A DNA stretch of 64,000 nt, from the NCBI RefSeq assembly GCF_009914755.1, contig NC_060937.1; one strand, 5' to 3'. This DNA comes from the human T2T-CHM13v2.0 reference genome, Homo sapiens. The notes below the pieces were generated by a model. That model did not search any database. It was not told where the DNA came from and saw only the letters and a program-made list of their open reading frames with translations. Below, one piece after another: positions 43,122 through 58,762 of the stretch. The position numbers and the translations under genes are program-made. Each line of letters begins with the position of its first letter. Position 1 is the first letter of the stretch.

Positions 43122-44667
43122 AAATAGATCAGGTACTCTTAGCATAATAGCAGCCTGTAGTAAATACCCTTGCTAGTAAATTCAGAGTTTAATGTTGTTG
43201 ACCCCAATGGCAGGGTTCTTCTTTTGCTGACCTACATATTAAATCTTTTCCTACTTTTAAGTTATGACAAAAACTGAAAAGAACAACTGCATAAACTGGA
43301 GAGAATCTGTCATAGCAAATCTAGCACTGCGGGGGTTCAGATCTAAGATTAGTCTTATTTTTTTCTTAGGGGAGTTGAACTGAGCTACTATAGTGATGAA
43401 GCGAATTGATACTCCTCCAAAATGCTTTTCCAGATGTTTAGCAAAGCTCTCAATTCCTTCTATTCCAATCATAGTCTCTCATTCTAAGTTCTCCTGGATT
43501 ATTAAGTGAAGGGGGTGGGTGGGAGGGGGGTGGATGGGGTGGGAATACTTAAACCTGGTTTGGAGAAAGTGAAAGTGAAGGGAGGAGAGCAACATTGAGG
43601 ATTGTAACCCAAATATTCTCCCTATAAATACAACTTCCTGCAGAAACTCAGGTCAGATGTCTTTAAGTTGCAATACAGTAGAATAAAACATTCTCCATCT
43701 CTCATTGAATGGAGAATTTATCAGGCTGCATTTTAAAAATCTCCTTTTGTGGAACTAGTGAGAGTCTCTGGGAACCAAGTCCATATCCATAATAATGAAG
43801 CTAGATAAGGGTACATGACTCAGATTCTGCCCATCAAAACCAACCATCCAAGCACCATGTGAAAGGCTTTGATAAGGCCCTGTGAAGACAGTTTATGCAG
43901 TTCATTTGTCATTGAATATGGTTTCATCCTTAGCGCAACATTTTTAAACAGCTTGATTTTTAAAAAATCAATAGTCCTTGAATAAGAATGATATCAGGAC
44001 AACAATCTTCAATTTAATATTGAGGGCCCTTTTTCACATCTTTTTTAACTTTAAACTGACTTGTATCGTAGTCTAAATTCCAACAGTGACTTTCAAATGC
44101 TTCCAGATTAATTCTTTCTTACTTTTGTCATATAGCACAGGTACAGTCTCTTTTTTCCTAGTGGTTTTCAAACTTGCGTTTTGAGCTGAGGAATCTCTTA
44201 TCAAATAAAATCTGACTCAGAACCCAACAGCATAGTGGAACTGCTCAGGAAGTATCTCCTATCAGGAAAATCATTGGAAAATCATTGCCCTATACCAAAA
44301 ATACTTTCACTGACAGGTTTCCTAGCCAGAATAGAGGATGTAAGTTCCTCAAAAAATGTAAGTTGCTCAAAGAATAGAAATTTGTTAAGTAACATATGTA
44401 GAAAATAACATATAGTAACTGTAGTCATGAAAAAGTTGAATTCCAGGATTAGGCTTTGTGACCAGAAATAGAAATGGCTACACAGGTTCTAGACTGAATT
44501 TCCCAGTCTGCATTCCCCATCTCCTGCAGGTTGGAAGGGCTGGGGCTCTGGAGCAGCACATTAGCAATTGGCTCTCTTGCCTCTCTCCTGAATGGATATC
44601 CTCCCAATAATTCAAAGTTGTACATGTTGTAAGCCCAGGACTTTCAAACTGGGTAACTGATCCAAAC

Positions 44668-44745
44668 ACTGGGAATGTGGGTTCAGAATATGACCCATTT
44701 GGAAGAAAACCTAAATGGGTCATATTCTGGACCCACATTCCCAGT
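44668..44745. repeat. Near-perfect inverted repeat (33-bp arms, 12-nt spacer)
   Basis: actgggaatgtgggttcagaatatgacccattt-ggaagaaaacct-aaatgggtcatattctggacccacattcccagt; one mismatch. Confidence 0.95.
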
Positions 44746-44759
44746 CGAGACAGTACAAA

Positions 44760-45473
44760 TGATAGTGGCAGGAGGCAGACAAATGCCTAGGCAGATACAG
44801 GCAGGTTGCTGGTGAAACCCCACTTTGAAACCAAAGACAGTTTAAATCCTGAAAATCAAGCCACAATCTCGGAAAAATCCATGGATTGGATTAAGAACAT
44901 CTCTTCCTGTTTGGCACACTTTCCCCTGATTGATCTCCACCCTTCACCTATTTAACATATACCTACCCTTCCCTAATTGGTTTTTTACACTGTCATGCCC
45001 ACCTTTTGTGGTGATTTGTTTTAGCCTCTTTTGCGTACTCACAAGCCAATCAGCATGTACTCTCCCATTCTGAGCCCATAAAAGCCCCGGACCTAGACAC
45101 ACTGAGAGAGACACCACCCAACTTTGGGCGGGGGACCACCCTTGCCTCCCCTCTCTATTGAGAACTGTTCAATCACTCAATAAAATTCTTCTCCGTCCTC
45201 CTTACCCTTCTATTGTGAGTATAACCTCATTCTTGGACATGGGACAAGAACTCAGGAACCAGCAAATGTGGGTACAAGCTGTAACACAGGCAGGCTGGGG
45301 CACACCCAGCCCAGCTGTGGGCTGAGCTGGTGCACGAGCCAGGCGCAGCCTGGTGGGCCGAGTGGATGAAGTGCCTCCTGCAGCCGGCCTGGGGCCAAGT
45401 GAGGCCTAGGTGGGGGCATCGCTGGCCATGGAGGGCCCCAACTGGCAAAGTGGCAGACAAAAATCCTGCATCA
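44760..45473 (+). mobile_element. ERV1 solo LTR (LTR1/LTR27/LTR28-type family)
   Basis: tgatagtggcaggaggcagacaaatgcctaggcagata...aaatcctgcatca; TG..CA ends; 4-bp TSD CAAA; CCAAT (~45046), TATA-like cataaaa (~45077) and AATAAA (~45179). Confidence 0.85.
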
Positions 45474-46038
45474 CAAAGATATACTCCTAAGTTGCTTAGA
45501 CTTTGACATAAGACTGGAGAGAAAAGAATTTTTCTTCCAACACAAGCAAGCATGCCAAACCTTACTTTGCTAAAGGGAACTTTGATCCCAGAGGCACTAT
45601 TCTACAGACAACAGTTCCCTGCATTATATTTGAGAAGACTAACCATCTTTAGGATGAGCCCCCATTTTCCAGTTCTAGAGTGGGATCCTTGGTTTTTATA
45701 AATCTACAAGGGAAAAACATTTCCATATCCTAAACAAAGCTACCTGGCAGAATAGCTACGTTGGGCAGATTCAATAGTAAGGACCTACTTGTGTAGCGCA
45801 AAGCTAGATGTGTCAAAGCGTTATGAATTGTTCATCGTATGTGATAATCATGATTATATATTTCAATGTTGTACCTTTGCATGGAAAGCTTCTTTGACTG
45901 TGTTTTCAGTTTCTCTGTTGTTCCTTCAAAGCAGGCAGCCACCATCTCTGAGAGCTGCTGCTATTATAGTAAATAAGAAGTTATGTGCTTCCTATCTGTC
46001 TCCTCATAACTAACTCTCTTCATTAAAGTTAGAAGGAA

Positions 46039-46505
46039 CAGTGGTATGCTGAAGCTGGACAATACAGCCTCATTAGAGCTGACTGTTATATTTTTAGGAA
46101 TTTTATTTTATTAGGTTGGTGCAAAAGTAATCAAAAGTCATGGCAAAAACTGCAATTACTTTTGCACCAAACTAATACATCCCACTATTAAAAATTAAAT
46201 TGTATAACCTTAGAATTAAATAAATTTCTTTTAAAAAAAGGTAACAAATAATCCAAACTCTTCACATCTTGGTGATTTTACTACATTTTACAACAATCTA
46301 TACACAATATTTATGTTCATTTTATCTATATGGTAGAAATATCATATAAAAGTGTGCAACTCTTTTCCACTCCACATTCAGCGATGTCAGGTGGGTAGCT
46401 TGAAATCAACTATGAGCATTTACACCATGGAAATTGGCAAACATAAAAAAATAGGGCTTTTATTTCAAGAGAACTAGTTGTTAAATGTTTACCATCACAC
46501 CATTG
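46039..46505. mobile_element. MER63-type hAT (Blackjack) element
   Basis: cagtggtatgctg ... tttacaccatggaaattggcaaac ... gttgttaaatgtttaccatcacaccattg; ends are inverted repeats of each other. Confidence 0.75.
46109..46177. mobile_element. MADE1 MITE (internally shortened) inside MER63
   Basis: TA-ttaggttggtgcaaaagtaat..ggcaaaaactgcaattacttttgcaccaaactaa-TA. Confidence 0.9.
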
Positions 46506-47299
46506 ACAACGAGAGTATAAATAGATGTCAATTCCTTTGCCAATACTTGACAAAACAATTACTTATGTTTACATGACTGGCTAGTGAGACATTTTGCCAT
46601 CAACTAGCTATTTTTATAATGTTGTGAGCCTTGATACTCACAACTGAATTCCCTCATTCTCTCTTTATCACCAGTGAAAATTGTAAATCAGCAGCAATAA
46701 AGAATTAAATTGGGTTTCAACAAGAAATAAAAATGATGCCAATCAACTATGTGGGTAGAATTTTATGTTGTTAGAAAATAAGTAAATATATGAAACTCAT
46801 AAATCTATTGCATGAATATATCAGTCAGAGATGGAGAAAAAGCTATCACAAGGGGAGGGACATAAATTGTGCTTTGTGAAAAGAATGTACTAAAATAAGG
46901 AAATGCACTGCATGGGTTCATAATTTGGTAATAATATGAGTTCATTAGTTGCTATATGTTTTCTGGGCAGTAGTTTGTCCCTGATAGAAAGCTTTACTGA
47001 AGATCCTGGGATCAGGTCACAGAAGAATGATTTAGTGAACATCTAATGGCTGTTGTCAATGTGCTCACATTCAAAGCCAGGCCCATCCGTAGAGGGGATC
47101 CCTTGTGTGGTGCCTTTCTGTTTCGTTTCCTTCACCAGGGAAGTCACAGTATTGCTGCTCCCTGGGAGTCCAGGCCCTGAGCCCCAGAGAATATTCACCT
47201 CCACCTATGTCCTACATCCCCAGTCCTTAGTGTTTGTCTAATTATTAACCTTATTCCTGAATAATTAATCCTAAAAACATTTTCATTGGTAAGTAAGGG

Positions 47300-47353
47300 A
47301 TATATATATGTGTGTGTGTGTGTGTCTGTGTGTGTGTGTGTATGTGTGTGTGT
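47300..47353. repeat. (TA)n(TG)n compound microsatellite
   Basis: Direct observation. Confidence 0.9.
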
Positions 47354-47891
47354 AAGAGTTCTGCTGTAAAATTTCAGAGGACCAAAAAACTCTGTGATAA
47401 AGATAAATAGTATTTAATTTAATATATTTAAAAAATTAAACTTAATGCAAAAAACCCATGATTCATAGAATATCAAAATCTGAAATAAAGACAGGATTAG
47501 ACTTTAGGATAAGGGTGCTGTTCCCACTAGTGAACCAGGCTTCCAAGTGGAATGCCTTTCTTCCCATTTTCATTTGTCTCCCGTGAGTTTGCTCAATTAG
47601 CTCTTTCTTTTCTCTCCTAAATTTTCAGCTTCTAGCTCTGTATAGGCATTCATTTCCCAAAGCCTACAAACTTGCTAAAGTTCCAACCACCTTTGAAACA
47701 AAAACAAAAGGAAGAACTGCCTCATTTCAATTCCTTTGATTTTTCTCCTGCTAACATCCCACACATTTTCCTTTATACCAAAGTTCCTTGAAAAAGTAAC
47801 CTGTGCTCAGTGTCTTTATGTTTTTACCTCCCGTTTGGCATTTCTTCAATGCACAATGTTCATTATTCCTGTCTTTTGTGTGGGGGAGGTA

Positions 47892-49745
<1,854 letters not shown>

Positions 49746-50769
49746 CATAGTGTTATCAACAAATTAACTGTCTTTATGCCAGAGAGTCTAAAGCACTTAC
49801 ACACAAATCATAGTATGTTTTTCCAACTTAAAAAAAAATGATTTGAACATACATCTTTGTATGATAGGTAAAAAGCAGGTATTATTATCTCCCTCTAACA
49901 GAAGGAGGATTGGATTTGTATCTGCTTCCTAAGATTACTTTGCACCCATAACTGGATTGATAGCATCAAGTCTAGTGTGCAGATTATTAAATTGGATGCT
50001 GAGGGATTAGCAAAGAAAAGTAGAAACATTCTCTGCCTTCAAGGATCATATTACCTGAAGGGGAAGACAATACCCATAGAAAATAGGTAGGAAAATAGGT
50101 CCATTGAAGCTCTTCTAAACAATCCTAAAAATGGACCACTCAAATATTGAGAGAAAGGAAAAATGCTGAAATTACCTCTGTAACCAAACTGGAACTTCTT
50201 TTGGAGATCAGCATCTGTATTTAGATGACAGCTGCTCTACCCAGAGGGCTGTACACAGGGAGACAAGTCACCTCTTCCAAGCCTGCAGTGCTCCCTAACG
50301 GCCAGCTGTCCGGAGCATGCAGCAGAATGGCAGCATCCTGACAGTTTAATTCTGAGCATCACGTCTGCAATTTACCTGGAGGGAAGAAGCTGAAGGCAGA
50401 ATGCATAGGGAAATGATGATGAATTCCTAATGACTATTCTAGGTTAAATACTACTGACAAGTCAATGGGTAGAAGGTTTCATTTTGAAGGAGGCTGCTAA
50501 AAAGTGATTAACACCATATTTCTAAAACTAAATCAAAACTCTACCAGGGATTCAGCTTCAAAATTGTGATAGTCTGGTTTTCCAGGAAAATGACTGTGTA
50601 CTAAGAGAACAAGGCAGGGAAGTCAATTAACATTTCTAGGCACTTTTTATGTGTTTTAAATAGTTCTTTCAAACCCTCTCCCAAATGAATCCTCACAACA
50701 ATATTGCAAGATAAACATTACTAATTCCGTTATTATAGATGAGGATATTGTAGAAAATAAAGGTCCACA

Positions 50770-51480
50770 TGAAAACAGTATGTCTTTCTATCAATGTGGA
50801 CTCATGAATACTTATTGTAATCAGTAGGTTATAATCTATTAGTCTCATTTATTTTGTTGCCTTTCCCAGCTTTGACCATGGGGAGTTCCCTCAAGTGGAC
50901 TCTGGTGTCCTTTTCACATGACTCATCAATTTTTTATCATTTCCTTACTTTCTGGCATCACAAGATATTTCAGGCTCCCCTTGTATTTTTTTTTTCGTCA
51001 ACTCTGGAATCAGCCAAGGAGCACTGGTTCCTTTTATTAGAGAATGGTTTTAAAATGAAAATGAGATCTGAGTGCTGGTGGGGCTCATTTGCCAAGGTGG
51101 TGTTGTTTCTAGGTGCTCACAGAGAAAACAGATGAGAAATATATACATGTATACACATACATAAGTTCCACATACATCCATCTACATCTTTTTCTATCTC
51201 TAGCTATCTCAAATATATCAAAAACACAAGTTCACATTGATACCTCAGATTCCAAACCACCACCTCAGTGTTCATTCAAGCCTGTCCCATCTCTGTCTCC
51301 AATAGTGAGGAACCAGACTCTCATTACCCCCAATATATTTATTTGAGCAGTCCTAGAACATACACAAAGTAGTTACTGAATTGCTAACTCATACTCCAGT
51401 GAAAAACAAATTCAGTAACTAACAATATTTGTGAACAGTTTTTTTTTGTCTTTAGCCTTACAAAATATAGTCAAAACATT
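50770..51480 (-). mobile_element. L1MC4/5-type 3' UTR fragment
   Basis: tttgaccatggggagttccctcaag..tctggcatcacaagatatttcaggctc..ctggaatcagccaaggagcactggttccttttattagagaatggt. Confidence 0.7.
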
Positions 51481-51589
51481 GTTTTTCAAATTTGTTACTG
51501 TATTTCATTTTCGATGTTCTCTACTTCCTAATTCATTTTGACTATTTATTCAGTATGACTAATATGATCATGATACCAAAAGTCAAAGC

Positions 51590-51693
51590 ATATGTGTGTG
51601 TGTGTGTACATATGTATCTATATATATACATATACATACATATATATACACACATATACATATACATATATATATATACATATACATATATAT
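51590..51693. repeat. (TG)n/(TA/CA)n compound microsatellite
   Basis: Direct observation. Confidence 0.9.
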
Positions 51694-51869
51694 CTAAAGG
51701 TATAATCAGAGAAATGTCACCTCCCTTTAGCCCTTCTCCTTTGTTCCTGCTCTCCCATTCTTTCTATTGAGTCCCTACCCATCTCCTTTGGGTAACCAAT
51801 CTCATTAGTTCAAGTTTATTCTTATTATGTTTCTATTTGCACAAATAAGAAGATACATGTATATTTTCT

Positions 51870-52206
51870 TTTCCCTTTTTTCTTTTTTTTCTTTTCGTTC
51901 TTTCTTCTTCCTTTTTTTTTTTTTTTTTAGAGATTCTCACTCTTTTTCCCAGGCTGGAGTACAGTGGCATGATCACGACTCACTGCAGCCTCGACCTCCT
52001 AGACTCAGGTGATCCTCCCACCTCAACTTCCTGAGTAGCTGGGACCATAGGCTCATGCCATCACACCCTGGTAATTTTTGTATTTTTTGTAGAGACAGGG
52101 TTTCACCATGTTGCCAGGCTAGTCTCGAACTCCCAGGCTCAAGAAATACACCCACCTCAGCTTCCCAAAGTGCTGGGGTTACAGGCATGAGCCACCACAC
52201 CTGGCC
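51870..52206 (-). mobile_element. AluJ
   Basis: T-rich tail, cactgcagcctcgacctcct (J diagnostic), full body. Confidence 0.9.
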
Positions 52207-52244
52207 TTATGTGTGTACTTTTTAATACTATGTTATACACATTA

Positions 52245-52631
<387 letters not shown>

Positions 52632-53269
52632 TCACTAGTTTCTGGCTGAACGTTCCTGGTCTTTTAGGTAACAAGCTTCTGCTTTGTTCCCCAGTTCTGA
52701 CAGGAGTTCAATTGTCCAGAGAGCCTTTCTCCTCCTCAAGATCCCAAATTTGGCTGATGAAATCTTTGTCTCCCTTTTATTTTTGTTCTTTGAGGGGACC
52801 TTTAGTCTATGTCTCTCTTGGGATTTAGATAACACCATCCCTGGGGCATGGCCGAATCCGGTTTCATCTTTGAACCCTGTCACTTAAGGGGTTCAGTGCT
52901 GCTTCAGAGACCAGGTGGCTAGGGGAACGTGTGTAAAAATGGAATAAAATGCACCTGATAAAGGTATGGACTTAGAAACAATGTGGAAACATGAGGGCAT
53001 CCATCTGGGACTGGCTTTACCTTATCCTACCCTCCTCCCTCCCCATCACACTGTCTGTTGCTTCTTTGAACCATCTCTACTTCTTTTCCTTTTCAAAGCA
53101 ACTCTAATGTTTATTTCATCTACTCTCCTCTGTGTGCCGGTAGAAAGGGGATTATTTCTTTTCTCCAAGGTTTCCCCTGTTGAATGAGGTCCCTTGATAA
53201 CAAACTTTCCAAATCAGTTGTTTCCTAAACATATTTTCAAACATTCAACTAGCTTTGGTCTTTGCTAGA

Positions 53270-53612
53270 TCCTCTTTTGGGAGTGCCTTTCTACTCCTCT
53301 ACCTGGAGAACTCTGGCTCAGCAGATAAATATATCATTATCTTTGTCACATGGTCCCAGTCTCCCTTTTCCTGGAAACCCTGTGGAATGAGTTCATCCCT
53401 CCTCTATGCTCCTACAGCTCCCTGTGTACTTCTTATTACAGCATTTTCCACATTATGTCATTATATAGTAATTAGATGTTTGCAGATCTGTCTCCCCCCA
53501 CTAGACCATGACTGCTTGAGGCCTGGGATAATTATGTTTCATTCTTCTTTGTGTCTCCAGTGCCTTGCAGTATCTGCCACATAGTGGGTGCTGAGTAATG
53601 TTTAAATGATTT
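53270..53612 (+). mobile_element. L2 3' end
   Basis: tctgtctcccccactagac..cttgaggc..tttgtgtctccagtgcct..cacatagtgggtgct..tgtttaaatga. Confidence 0.7.
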
Positions 53613-55307
53613 CATTAACTATACTTTGTCACACATGCACAGTCATTTAGCACAGATACAGAAAGAGAGCAACTCTAAAGAGATTTCACGCATTCTGCTA
53701 ATAAGGAGGAAACTAAAGCACTATGGTTAAGTCAGAAGTTTCTGTTTTTTAGCTGCTGATGAGATCTTGCCCCAGCCTTAGAGGCACTGAATAAAATGGT
53801 CAGATTTTCCACATGCTCAATCCAGGCCAGTAGGAGAAGTTTCACTCTTGCCCGGACCAAAAAGTCTTAGAATTACAATGATGGATGGGCTTATGGAATG
53901 GCTCTTCCTCTTCTAGGAGCAAATGTCTATAATAATTTAGGTCCCATTAGGTTGTGTCTCAACCATGCAACTGGATTTATTAATTTGACCTTTTAATTAC
54001 TAACAATCTGCTGACCTGAAATTTCTTCAGATCCTCAGAGCAAGGAAATAAACTTCTCCAGGAGAGAGAATAAAAATAAAATAAAACAAAAGCAAGTCTG
54101 GCACCTAGCTATGTTGGTGTCTTCCAAAGTATGAACACCATAATAAAGGCTTTCTGCTTCTGTTTCATTATGTGACAGTCAGAGACTGTAAACACTGTCG
54201 GTGGCAGAGAAAACAGTGTCTAGAAACAAATAAGAGAAACTAAAGATGAAACTGGGAATATGTGCACAGCTTATGCTTTGGTATTCTGTGGTCATGACAG
54301 CTTTTGCTCTTATGAAAGTACTGAGTGTGGTGTTCTTTTTCCCTGTAATGATTTCTGAAACTGTGTGACTTGTGGAATTTGCCTTAAAAAATGCAGTGAG
54401 TGTTTAATCGCTCAGGGTGTGAGTAACCACATTCTGTTCGACTATGCTTCCAGCCCTCACTTTCCTCCTTATCAGTGACAGTACTCCAAACACTTGTCTC
54501 AATTTTCAGATCAAAGCTGATGAAAAACAGACCTCTAAAGGGTTGAATTGCCTTCTGCATTTTTGTTCATCGGAAGAAAATACCTATACCACTTGAAAGG
54601 GCTGAGCTTTTTTAGTGCCTCATCTGTAGATTGTAAATTCTGTTTTGCCTTCCTGCTTTGCTTATTTCTTACTCTGTCAATGTCATCTGCTTCAAGAAAT
54701 GTATCTTTTAATTAATTATTCTTGTCTCAAGTTGTCTGCTGTGGCTCACTGTCAGGGCAATAATTCATATCGGTAAAATAGGATATGTTGCTAAATGGAA
54801 ATATCTTGGCTTATTTCAACATGAGATTAACTTCATTTACCCAATAATCACCTTAAATGATTTTTCAGATAAATCTTTTTGTTGTTTATATTTTATTTGA
54901 AGTTGCATACAACATTGCTTTTCTAAAAGAGCAGAAATTTGGAAGCATGAGAACATTAAACTATAGAAGACCCTAGAAGTCTGATTGAAAAAACATTTAG
55001 AAGGAATTCTAAAGCTAGAAGCCAAGTCCAACGACACAACAATAACAATTCCATTCATATTCTGATCTATGGGAAATCTCCAAAAAAGGCCTCCCAGAAA
55101 TGCATAATAAAATATGGATAGTTTTGAATAGGTTACACATGGTTTGCCTGAGTTTATTAAAACAATGGAATCAGTTATAAATAGTGCAGAAAAGATTAAT
55201 AAAGTAATTGAAGGTAAATAAATTTAAAACAAATAGAAACAAGATGGGTGACAAAATAAACAAACCTCTATGACTTTTCCAAAGGCAACCTTTAAAAACA
55301 ATGGTAG

Positions 55308-55547
55308 GCACGTTCTCACTCATAGGCGGGAATTGAACAATGAGAACACTTGGACACAGGAAGGGGAACATCACACACCGGGGCTTGTCGTGGGTGGGAG
55401 GAGCGGGGAGGGATAGCATTAGCAGATATACCTAATGTAAATGACGAGTTAATGGGTGCAGCACACCAACATGGCACATCCATACATATGTAACAAACCT
55501 GCACATTGTGCACATGTACCCTAGAACTTAAAGTATTAAAAAAAAAG
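55308..55547 (+). mobile_element. L1PA (approx. L1PA4-6) 3' end, heavily 5'-truncated
   Basis: gttctcactcataggcgggaattgaacaatgagaacacttggacacaggaagggg...ctaatgtaaatgacgagttaatgggtgcagcacacc...ccctagaacttaaagta-poly-A; ggtag flanks both ends. Confidence 0.93.
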
Positions 55548-55656
55548 GTAGATTTTCAAAGCTATTTACTAAAGTGAACAGAAACAAACTTTGTATTATT
55601 TGGAGAACCATAATTTAGTCCAGTTGGGAAGAAATTGAGGTTCAAGGATTTACATG

Positions 55657-56313
<657 letters not shown>

Positions 56314-56876
56314 CTTCTGAAAGGAGGATATTCTTTTCAGTGTAATCCTTCAGGACCGAATTTGTACTCCTTTCCTAAGGGGAATGAAGGGTCATTCTTC
56401 TTTTAGTCCAGATATTAGGAGCACTATAGTAATGCGATATTTGGTTATTATGACTGCATGGTGTGGAAAGGTCACTGGACTAAAAAGGAACTGTAGGTTC
56501 TCATCCCAGATGCATCATTAACTGGTTTTGTGACCTTGGGAAAAATCAATGAATTTGATAAATATTCCTTAAGCACCTAGGTACTATGCAAGATGTTGAA
56601 GCTAAAATGACAATAGGAAAAGTTCTTCAACTTTCCCCTGAGAAAGACTGGCAGTAAAAAAATAATAATAAAGAGCTACACATGCCACAGTAAGAAATAG
56701 ATGGGATGGGGCTAGAGACAGAAATAGGCATTCCAGGAATTTCAAGCCCTTTGGCTTTGCTAGATTCTAGGGTGCTTGACAAGGTGGGCCGAACACAAGG
56801 CTGGAGTCATAGGCAGGGACCAAATTGTGCAGTGTCTTTTGCATTACAGTAAGAATTTGGACATTAATGATGTATC

Positions 56877-57048
56877 CAGTAATACTCAAATTTTAGTATG
56901 CAATCGAATTACTTGGAGGAGTTTATTAAAACACAAGCGTCTGCCCTTGAGTGACAGCATCCGAATCTCCAGAGGCAGGATCAGGACACATGTATTTGAC
57001 AAGCCCCTCAGGTGCTTCTAGTGTACCCAAAAGTTTGAGAGCCACTGG
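56877..57048. mobile_element. MER5A/MER5A1 hAT-Charlie MITE within antisense L2
   Basis: cagtaatactcaaa..gaattacttggagg..ttaaaacaca..acaagcccctcaggtgcttct..aaagtttgagagccactg. Confidence 0.75.
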
Positions 57049-57444
57049 TATAGTCAGTGAGGAACCACTGAAGACCCTGGCGTAAGGGAGTAACACCAGA
57101 TTTGTATTTTAGAAAGATCACTCTGCAAAGAGCGTAGAGAACAGACTTGAGGGATGTGATCCTGGAGACAGGGAGACTGATTAAAAGATGATTTTCTTTA
57201 TAACTCAGGACCCAGCCTCCTCTCCTGGGTATGTGTCTGAGAAAAAAATCTAATATATGTACCTTAGGAAACAGTAGAAAAGTGTTCATAGTAGCAATGT
57301 GTGTAGTAGCAAAAAAAAAAGACTATCCCAAATATCGATGAATAGGAGAATAAATTGTGGTATTTTCCCATAAGAGAATTTGCTACAACAGTGAAAATGA
57401 ATGAATCAAATCTATATGCAATTAAATAGATGAATCTTACAAAC

Positions 57445-57991
57445 ACAGGGGTCCCCCTATCCTCAGGGGATATATTCCAAGACCTCCAGTGGATGCCTGA
57501 AATCTTGGATGTACTGAAACCTATATATCCTATGTTTTTTTCCTATACATACATACCTATGATAAAGTTTATCGTTTATAAATTAGGCACAGTAAGAGAT
57601 TAACAACTAATAATAAAATTGGATAACTATTATACTGTAATAAAAGTTATGTGAATGTGATCTCTCTCTTTCTTTCCCTCTCAAAATATCTTATTTTACT
57701 GTACTTAGCCTTCTTCTTATGATCTGTTGATTTGATAACTGAGACCACTACTATGTGACTTACACGTGGGTAGCATGGACGTGTGGATATGGTGGACAAA
57801 GGGATGATTTGTGTCCAGCTGGGAAGAAGTGGGACAGTGCAAGATTTCATCATGCTACTCGGAATGGCATGTGATTTAAACTTATGAATTGTTTATTTCT
57901 GGAATTTTCTATTTAATATTTTTGGACCACAGTTGACCATGGGTAACTGAAACTACGGAAAACAAAACTGTGGATAAGTGGGGACTACTAT
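57445..57991. mobile_element. MER44-type (Tigger7) element inserted in old L1ME
   Basis: gtccccctatcc..ttccaagacctccagtggatgcctgaaa..atacatacctatgataaagttta..aaattaggcacagtaagagattaac ... gtggataagtggggactact. Confidence 0.85.
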
Positions 57992-58035
57992 AGAGTTTTG
58001 AGAGTAAAAAAAAGCAGTAATGAAAGACTACATAC

Positions 58036-58510
58036 TGTGAAAGTTGTTGGTATCAAAATGGACTGACTTATGTCAGACGCTGGCAAAATGGAGTTAGGCA
58101 GTCATGAAGTGGGGGGATGCTTACACATATTTGCCAGAAACTATCACAAAAGATTCTGCCAAACCCATAAGATTGCATAAAACCACCACAACCTTGCACA
58201 CCGCCCCCTGCCAAAATAAAAAAGAGAAAAAGAAAAAGAAAATACTTTTGTGAGGACATCTGCCTAGCAAATGCCTCTCCAGTCTTGGACCGATGCTACC
58301 CTTATTATTGATCCTTGTAGCCAAGGATAATTGTCTCACAACTTATGTAACCCTCCTCATTTTACCTTTAAAAACGCTTGTCTTTCTTTGCCTTCCTGGA
58401 TGTGCGTATGATTTGTCACAGCATGTGTCCCACGTTGCAATGCCCTATTTGTTCCTGATTAAACTAAATATTTTTAGATAGCCTCTCTCTGTTTGTTATT
58501 TAGGTTGACA
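58036..58510 (+). mobile_element. Solo ERV LTR (LTR47/MER72-like)
   Basis: tgtgaaagttg..atcaaaatgga ... tttgttatttaggttgaca; TG..CA ends; 4-bp TSD ATAC. Confidence 0.8.
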
Positions 58511-58762
58511 ATACTATATGATACCATTCAAATATGGTTTTAAAGTGAACAAAATTAAACAGTTATATACACACATTGTTTTTCAACAAAGCAAGGGAAT
58601 AAAACTACACAATTTAGGACAGCATTACCACTTGTAGAGGTCAGTGGATTTGGCTAAGGATAAAATACATAATATCTTCAATGGTGATGATAACATTTTG
58701 TTTCACTAGTTGAATGGTGGATTGATGGCTGTTTGTGTTTTGATTATGCTTCACAACTTATA

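Noticed and set aside
50225-50310. Two CAGCTG E-boxes in a slightly GC-richer unique block
   Set aside because: Two 6-mers are not enough evidence for an enhancer without chromatin or conservation data.
56401-56485. 11-bp inverted repeat ttttagtccag…ctggactaaaa
   Set aside because: Short, and one arm is MIR-derived; expected by chance.
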